From the NCBI GenBank assembly GCA_963806705.1, contig CAWDZE010000015.1, positions 141,127 to 205,126 of the forward strand: a DNA stretch of 64,000 nt, given 5' to 3'. Within the stretch, counting starts at the first letter, position 1. Each line of letters begins with the position of its first letter. This stretch comes from Vicinamibacteria bacterium. GTDB lineage: Bacteria; Acidobacteriota; Vicinamibacteria; Vicinamibacterales; JAENWD01. The translations under genes and the position numbers were made by a program. Under the pieces are notes generated by a model. The model ran no database searches and was not told the DNA's origin. It saw only the letters and a program-made list of their open reading frames with translations. Of the stretch, positions 58,755-64,000 are shown one piece after another.

Positions 58755-60004
58755 CTCACTTCCGCCTCAGTGCCGGCCGGAATCAACACGATCTGGACGT
58801 CGCCGACATTGGTGTCCGTGGGACCCGTGGTGATGTGCCCGCCAACGCGGCGGAAGAACGACCACGAGTCGTTGTCATGAAGATACGCCATAGGGTCAAG
58901 ACCCAGCCGGCGGGCGCGTTCGAGCGTGAGCCCGTCGACCCAGGCACCGGCCGCGTCGGTGGGGCCGTCAACGCCGTCGGTTCCCAGGCTGGCGGCGCAC
59001 CACGAAGCGTGCTCGATAGCCATCGCCGCGCCCAATGCGAACTCCTGGTTGCGGCCTCCGCGGCCCGGTCCGGTGACGCGCACGGTCGTCTCGCCGCTGG
59101 CCAGCACACAGACCGGTCGTCCGGACGCGCCCAGCGTGCGCCGGATCCAGGCCACGTGGTCGGCGGCGGCGAGCCGGGCTTCGCCGGTGATCGGCACCGG
59201 CCTGCGCACGACCTCGTACCCTCGCGCCCGGGCCGCGGCGGCGGCGCCGTCGAGCGCGCGGCTTGCCGATCCGATCACGCGCGTGGCGACGCGCGCCAGG
59301 TCGTCGTCGTGTTTCGGCGTCTCAGCGATGCGCCCGGCGGCGCCCGCTACAAGGTGGTCGACAACCCCTGCGGGATACCCCGTACGACCACCAAACCGGT
59401 CGAGCACATCCAGCGCGTCGCCAAACGTCGTCGGATCCGGCACGGTCGGCCCCGATCCGATCACACTCGGGTCGTCGCCAACGACGTCGGACAACAACCA
59501 GGCATCGAGCGGCGCACGGCAGACCTGCGCAAGTCGGCCGCCCTTGATTGCCGACAGGTGCTTCCGCACGCAGTTGAGCGAGGCGATGTCGGCCCCCTCG
59601 GCAAGCAGTCGCGCAATCACGGCCTGCTTGTCAGCAAACGCCACGCCTTCTGCCGCCAGCGCCATCAGCGACGACGCGCCGCCCGAGACGAGGACGACGA
59701 GACGTTCATCCGGTGTGCAGCCTCTGGCGAGACCGAGCGCGGCGGCCGCGGCGCGCTCGCTGCGAACGTCGGGAACCGGATGGGCGCTTTCAATCCAGTG
59801 CAGGCCCGCAGGCGCGCCGCCATGGGTGCCAATCACGACGCCCGCGAGGCCGCCGTGCAGCTCGGAACACGCCCGAGCCATTGCGGACGCGGCTTTGCCG
59901 ACGGCCAGCAGCGAGATCGCTGTGCCGGCGGGCCACGCCGCGTCCGTGTACGCCGCCGTCACGACCGCGCGCGCCGACACGGCCTGCAGCGCGGCCTCGA
60001 CCAT
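58751..60004 (-). CDS. glycerate kinase, DUF4147/MOFRL family (glycerate 2-kinase / hydroxypyruvate reductase-like)
   Basis: LLAVGKAASAMA, LVSGGASSLM, LNCVRKHLSAIKGGRLA and GETTV...GRGGRNQEFAL are typical of the MOFRL family. The first canonical start in frame is ATG 60004. Confidence 0.82.
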   Translation of the reverse strand: MVEAALQAVSARAVVTAAYTDAAWPAGTAISLLAVGKAASAMARACSELHGGLAGVVIGTHGGAPAGLHWIESAHPVPDVRSERAAAAALGLARGCTPDERLVVLVSGGASSLMALAAEGVAFADKQAVIARLLAEGADIASLNCVRKHLSAIKGGRLAQVCRAPLDAWLLSDVVGDDPSVIGSGPTVPDPTTFGDALDVLDRFGGRTGYPAGVVDHLVAGAAGRIAETPKHDDDLARVATRVIGSASRALDGAAAAARARGYEVVRRPVPITGEARLAAADHVAWIRRTLGASGRPVCVLASGETTVRVTGPGRGGRNQEFALGAAMAIEHASWCAASLGTDGVDGPTDAAGAWVDGLTLERARRLGLDPMAYLHDNDSWSFFRRVGGHITTGPTDTNVGDVQIVLIPAGTEAEVR

Positions 60005-60036
60005 CGCGTGCAGATCGGCGGGCGGGATCGAACCGG

Positions 60037-60327
60037 TCAGTGGAAGGTCTTGGGGTCTGACCAGGCCGAGAGGCCTGTCAGGACGTCGAACTGTTTGAGG
60101 AGATCGCTCACGACCTGATTGCAGTCGTGACGGCGGCAGAGCGTGTCGAGCCGGCCCATGACGCGCGCCAGCGCCCGGTCGACCTCTTCGACTGCCACGT
60201 CGGAGAAGCAATCGCGCTGCTGCTCGAGACAGCGGCGGTGCTTGAGGAACTCTTCGCGATAGAAATCGGTAAGGCTTGCGGAGGCGAACACGCTGGCTGA
60301 CTGCGCGTGGGTCAGAAGGCGGGACAT
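60037..60327 (-). CDS. small helical 4-Cys hypothetical protein (96 aa)
   Basis: MSRLLTHAQSASVFASASLTDFYREEFLKHRRCLEQQRDCFSDV...LCRRHDCNQVV.... GAGGA lies 5 nt upstream of ATG 60327. Composition looks coding. Confidence 0.55.
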   Translation of the reverse strand: MSRLLTHAQSASVFASASLTDFYREEFLKHRRCLEQQRDCFSDVAVEEVDRALARVMGRLDTLCRRHDCNQVVSDLLKQFDVLTGLSAWSDPKTFH

Positions 60328-60372
60328 ACGAATCCTCGCGAAGCTGATTTGTCCGAGAGCCGTAACAAATTG

Positions 60373-60402
60373 AGTGTAGTGAGGGCCGCGGCCGGATGTC
60401 AA
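60373..60402 (-). promoter_or_regulatory. candidate sigma-70 promoter ahead of the small 4-Cys ORF
   Basis: Minus strand: TTGACA (60402..60397), an 18-nt spacer, then TACACT (60378..60373). It sits in the AT-richer gap after the ftsX stop. Confidence 0.4.
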
Positions 60403-60405
60403 CGT

Positions 60406-61293
60406 TTACCGGGCCGTTCGGGCGGCCAGGAGCCCGCCCAGGCAACCGATGGCGCTGCCGCCCCCCAGGAGCCCCAGTACGAGGCCGACCGGAAGGAATC
60501 GCACATCGCCGACCGCCACCAGTCCCGCCGCTCCCGCGACAGCGGCGTCGCGACCGAAAAGATACACCGCCACCAGCAGACCAAGCGCCACGACGGCACC
60601 GATTAACCCCAGCAGCGTGCCCTCGAGCACGAACGGACCGCGGATGTACGCCAGGGGCGCCCCTACCAGCTGCATGATCTCGATCTCCGCCCGGCGCGCG
60701 TGGAGCGCAAGTCGAACGACACCGGTGATGGTGAGGCACGCCGCCAGCGTCAGCACCGCCGCCAGCGCCAGGCCGGCCGCGCGTGCCGCGCCGACAACCG
60801 CGAGCAGACGCTCGATCCAGCGCCGGTCATAGCGCACATCGCTCACGCCCGCCTGCTGGCGGAGCTGCGCGGCCAGCCGGTCCACTGCCGGGTCGCGAGC
60901 CAACTCCGTCCGCAGTTGCACCTCATAGGAAGGCGGCAGCGGGTTGACCGGCAACGACGCGGCAGCCGCGGCGAGATCGGGAAACTGGCGGGAGAAGCGA
61001 CGCAGGGCCTCCTCTGCCGGCACGAAGGTCTGGCGGGCGACGAGGCCGCTGCTGCCGAGGGTGCGTTCGATTGCCGCGCGCTCGCCCGGCGTCGCGCCAT
61101 CGGCAAGGAACACGGAGAACTCCGCCGCCGCGCTCCAGCGCTCGAGCAGGTTGCTGGCCGATGCGCCCGCCAGCAGCAGCAACCCGAGGACAAAGAGGCT
61201 CACGCTGGCGGTCACGACTGCCATCAGTGACGCACCGCGCCGACGCCACATGCTGAGCCACGCTTCGCCAATCGCGTAGACGACAGCGTTCAT
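60406..61293 (-). CDS. ftsX: cell division ABC transporter permease FtsX
   Basis: Four-TM FtsX topology with a large first periplasmic loop. ATGA-type overlap with ftsE. Confidence 0.88.
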   Translation of the reverse strand: MNAVVYAIGEAWLSMWRRRGASLMAVVTASVSLFVLGLLLLAGASASNLLERWSAAAEFSVFLADGATPGERAAIERTLGSSGLVARQTFVPAEEALRRFSRQFPDLAAAAASLPVNPLPPSYEVQLRTELARDPAVDRLAAQLRQQAGVSDVRYDRRWIERLLAVVGAARAAGLALAAVLTLAACLTITGVVRLALHARRAEIEIMQLVGAPLAYIRGPFVLEGTLLGLIGAVVALGLLVAVYLFGRDAAVAGAAGLVAVGDVRFLPVGLVLGLLGGGSAIGCLGGLLAARTAR

Positions 61294-61949
61294 GCGCCCT
61301 CCACGAGCAGGCCCTGTTCGAGGGTCACGGTGCGCTTGCCGACGCGGCGAATCAGATCGCGGTCGTGCGTCGCGACCAGTACCGTCGTGCCGCGGGCATT
61401 GATGTCGCGAAACAGATTCATGATCTCGAGCGCGAGGTCAGGATCGAGATTGCCGGTCGGCTCGTCGGCCAGCACCAGCGCCGGGTCGTTGATGAGCGCA
61501 CGCGCCACTGCGACCCGCTGCTGCTCGCCGCCAGACAATTCTTCGGGAAACGCGTTCAGCCGATGCTGCAGGCCCACCCACTTCAGGACCTGAAACGCCT
61601 TGCGTCGCTGCACCGCGGCCGGCTGCCCAAGCACGCGCGGCACAAACGTGATGTTTTCGTAGATGGTTCGCGTCGGGATGAGCTTGAAGTCCTGGAAGAC
61701 GAACCCGACGCTGCGCCGGTAGGTCTGCACCTGGCTCGCGCTCATCTTCGACAAGCTGCGCCCGCCGACGATGAGATGCCCCGCCGACGGGACGTCCTGC
61801 CGCAGCAGGAGCCGAAGCAGCGTCGACTTACCGGCGCCGCTGGGCCCCGTGAGGAACACGAAATCCCCTTTGCCGATGGTCAGCGTGAGGTCACGCAGCG
61901 CGTACACGCCGCGCATGTACATCTTGGAGACCTGTTGGGCTTCAATCAC
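61290..61949 (-). CDS. ftsE: cell division ATP-binding protein FtsE
   Basis: GPSGAGKSTLLRLL (Walker A), LSGGEQQRVAVARAL (ABC signature) and LADEPTGNLD (Walker B). Confidence 0.93.
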   Translation of the reverse strand: MIEAQQVSKMYMRGVYALRDLTLTIGKGDFVFLTGPSGAGKSTLLRLLLRQDVPSAGHLIVGGRSLSKMSASQVQTYRRSVGFVFQDFKLIPTRTIYENITFVPRVLGQPAAVQRRKAFQVLKWVGLQHRLNAFPEELSGGEQQRVAVARALINDPALVLADEPTGNLDPDLALEIMNLFRDINARGTTVLVATHDRDLIRRVGKRTVTLEQGLLVEGA

Positions 61950-62031
61950 GGTTCGATCTGGGAGCGCGCGCAGGCACGATCGCGCCGCGAGTCTAGCACA
62001 CGGATCCGAAACCTTCGGCGCCTCGCTCGCG

Positions 62032-63474
62032 TCAGCCGCGGTCGAGCGCGCGCCGCATCAACTCGTTGACCAGGGCGGGGCTCGCTTTTCCTCCCGTGGC
62101 CTTCATCACCTGCCCGACCAGAAAGCCGAGGACTTTGGTCTGGCCCGTGCGGTACTGGCGTGCCGGTTCAGGATGCGCGGCGAGCACCTGGTCGACCGCG
62201 GCGGAGACCGCGCTTTCGTCGCTGATCTGCGCCAGGCCGTCGGCCTCCACGATGGCCGCGGCCGAGGCGCCGCGCGCCCACATCTTCTCGAAGACCTCCT
62301 TGGCCGTCGTCGTGTTGATCACGCGCCGCTCGAGCAGATCGATCAGCCCGGCAAGCCCCGCGGCGCTGACGGGGCTGTCGGCCAGCGTCAGCCCGGCGTC
62401 GTTGAGCACGCGCGCCATCTCGCCCATCAGCCAGTTGGCGGCCGCCTTGGGCGGCGCCCCCGCGTCGACGACAGCCGCAAACCAGTCGCCGGTCTCGCGG
62501 GATCGCGTCAATTCGGTCGCGTCGTAACGCGACAGTCCGAAGGTCGCCATCAGCCGCTCGCGCCGCGCGGCCGGCAGCTCGGGCAGAGCCTGGCGAGCCT
62601 GCTCCACGCGAGCGGCGTCGACGTCGACTGGCGGCAGGTCGGGCTCCGGGAAGTACCGGTAGTCGTGCGCTTCTTCCTTGCTGCGCATCGTGATCGTGCG
62701 GTTGGTCGCCTGATCCCACAACCGTGTTTCCTGGGTCACGCGGCGGCCCGAGTCCACCAGGTCGACCTGCCGGCCGATTTCGTACTCGAGCGCCTGCCGA
62801 AGATACCGAAACGAATTCAGGTTCTTCACCTCCGCCTTGGTCCCGAGGCGCGGCTCGCCGACCTCGCGCACCGAGACGTTGGCATCGCACCGCAGGCTGC
62901 CCTCTTCCATGTTGCCGTCGTTGACGCCAATCCAGACCAGCGTCGCACGCAGCTGCTCGAAAAACGCGGAGGCGTCAGCGGCCGAGCGCAAATCGGGCTC
63001 GGTCACGATCTCGATGAGCGGCACGCCGGCCCGGTTGTAGTCGAGTGAGGTTCGATCGGACGCGTCGGCCAGTCCTTCGTGGAGAGACTTGCCGGCGTCC
63101 TCTTCCAGGTGGATCCGCGTGATCCCCACCGTGATGGTGCCAACGCCAGTGGGCACGTTCACCTGGCCAGGGCCCACCAGCGGCTGGTCGTACTGCGAGA
63201 TCTGATATCCCTTGGGCAGATCAGGATAGAAGTAGTTCTTCCGCGCGAAGACCGACCGCGAGTTGATGGCGCACCCCAGCGCCACCCCGGCGCGAAGCGC
63301 CAGATCGACGGCCCGCCGATTGAGCACCGGCAAGGCGCCCGGCAGCCCCAGGCAGACCGGGCAGATGTGCGTGTTGGGCGGCGCGCCGAACCGCGTCGAG
63401 CAGCCACAGAAGATTTTGGTGGCGGTGAGGAGTTGGGCGTGGATTTCCAGCCCGATGACGGCTTGGTAGGGCAT
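62032..63474 (-). CDS. gatB: Asp-tRNA(Asn)/Glu-tRNA(Gln) amidotransferase subunit B
   Basis: MPYQAVIGLEIHAQLLTATKIFCGC..., CPVCLGLPGALPVLN and NLNSFR. Start at ATG 63474. Confidence 0.94.
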   Translation of the reverse strand: MPYQAVIGLEIHAQLLTATKIFCGCSTRFGAPPNTHICPVCLGLPGALPVLNRRAVDLALRAGVALGCAINSRSVFARKNYFYPDLPKGYQISQYDQPLVGPGQVNVPTGVGTITVGITRIHLEEDAGKSLHEGLADASDRTSLDYNRAGVPLIEIVTEPDLRSAADASAFFEQLRATLVWIGVNDGNMEEGSLRCDANVSVREVGEPRLGTKAEVKNLNSFRYLRQALEYEIGRQVDLVDSGRRVTQETRLWDQATNRTITMRSKEEAHDYRYFPEPDLPPVDVDAARVEQARQALPELPAARRERLMATFGLSRYDATELTRSRETGDWFAAVVDAGAPPKAAANWLMGEMARVLNDAGLTLADSPVSAAGLAGLIDLLERRVINTTTAKEVFEKMWARGASAAAIVEADGLAQISDESAVSAAVDQVLAAHPEPARQYRTGQTKVLGFLVGQVMKATGGKASPALVNELMRRALDRG

Positions 63475-63649
63475 CCGCGGTCGGCCACGCGCCCGTGCGG
63501 CGCGTCCGGGCATCATATGACGAAGGCTCGGCTCGCGTCGATTCACCTCGACCGGACCACCGGCCCCCTCGGCGCCGGGTGCGGGCAGGTCACGGATGCG
63601 ATAAGATCAACGGGCAGTAAGTGATGCCCCGTCACCGCACGTATACCGT

Positions 63650-64000
63650 ATGAAAAGGGCTCGACCCGTTACCGCGACGTCGCCAGAGGCCGCCCCTGCG
63701 GTCGCCGTTGTCCGCCCGTCTCCCGACATGGTGACGGCCTCCGAGATCCGGACGATGGTTGCGCGCGGTGACCTCTCGGCGGCGCGTGAGGCGTTTGACT
63801 TCATCGTCGTGCGTCATCAGCGGCGCGCATCGCGCATCGCCCTGATGTATCTGCGCGACGCGGCAGAAGCCGACGAAGCGGTGCAGGATGCGTTCGTGCG
63901 GGCGTTCACGCGCCTCGAGACCTATCGCGACGAGCACCCGTTTGAAGTCTGGTTCACGAGGATTCTCGTGAATGCGTGCGTCGACCGCCAGCGCGCTCGT
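63650..64000 (+). CDS. ECF-type RNA polymerase sigma factor, 3' end cut by window edge
   Basis: The frame is open from ATG 63650 to the window end. Region 2 motifs are present: HQRRASRIALMYLRDAAEADEAVQDAFVRAFTRLETYRDEHPFEVWFTRILVNACVDRQRAR. An alternative start is ATG 63728. Confidence 0.8.
   Translation, partial: MKRARPVTATSPEAAPAVAVVRPSPDMVTASEIRTMVARGDLSAAREAFDFIVVRHQRRASRIALMYLRDAAEADEAVQDAFVRAFTRLETYRDEHPFEVWFTRILVNACVDRQRAR

Overview
High-GC bacterial chromosomal segment, about two-thirds G+C by eye. I infer an Acidobacteriota-like origin from a VWFA-type acidobacterial domain protein and a CarboxypepD_reg/Oar-like TonB-dependent receptor. It is mostly core housekeeping DNA, arranged in long same-strand arrays whose genes overlap by 1-20 nt. 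Contents in order: thrC (partial), pfk and tRNA-Ala(CGC). Next comes a roughly 3 kb decayed segment holding two broken secreted-protein genes, one with a metzincin HExxHxxGxxH signature. A DUF2723-LolA-lipoprotein secretin operon follows. A minus-strand cell-wall block covers murA-murB-pxpC-pxpB, a twice-frameshifted S9 peptidase, and mpl-ldcA-nagZ. Then PolX, a RodZ-like/thiE/TPR operon, and the classic ffh-rpsP-KH-rimM-trmD-rplS-rnhB operon. A gap-free ten-gene array runs TPR-like/RDD/pgpA/cinA/plsY/gpsA/ftsY/ribD/ribE/ribBA. Further on are an Oar-like TonB-dependent receptor, ftcD, an NtrY/NtrX-like two-component pair with a sigma-54 activator, nrdR, purC and groES-groEL. The groESL pair has a sigma-70 promoter plus CIRCE operator, and groES has an apparent +1 frame break. 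The window ends with tonB, a VWA protein, tatA, selB, rnr, a MOFRL glycerate kinase, ftsEX, gatB and a partial ECF sigma factor. I saw no rRNA, CRISPR array, transposase, integrase, phage genes or recognisable defence/toxin system, and nothing I can defend as a wholly new system. The most interesting items are: two near-consensus sigma-54 promoters (ahead of the Oar-like receptor and ahead of the DUF2723-LolA-secretin operon) in a window with one GAFTGA activator; the orphan liposecretin/LolA module; the decayed island beside the tRNA, including a 30-nt repeat insert carrying an in-frame TGA; frame breaks in groES and the S9 peptidase; a 49-nt inverted repeat; and a GTGCC heptad array across the kinase start codon. 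All function calls rest on reading motifs in the supplied translations, not on database searches.
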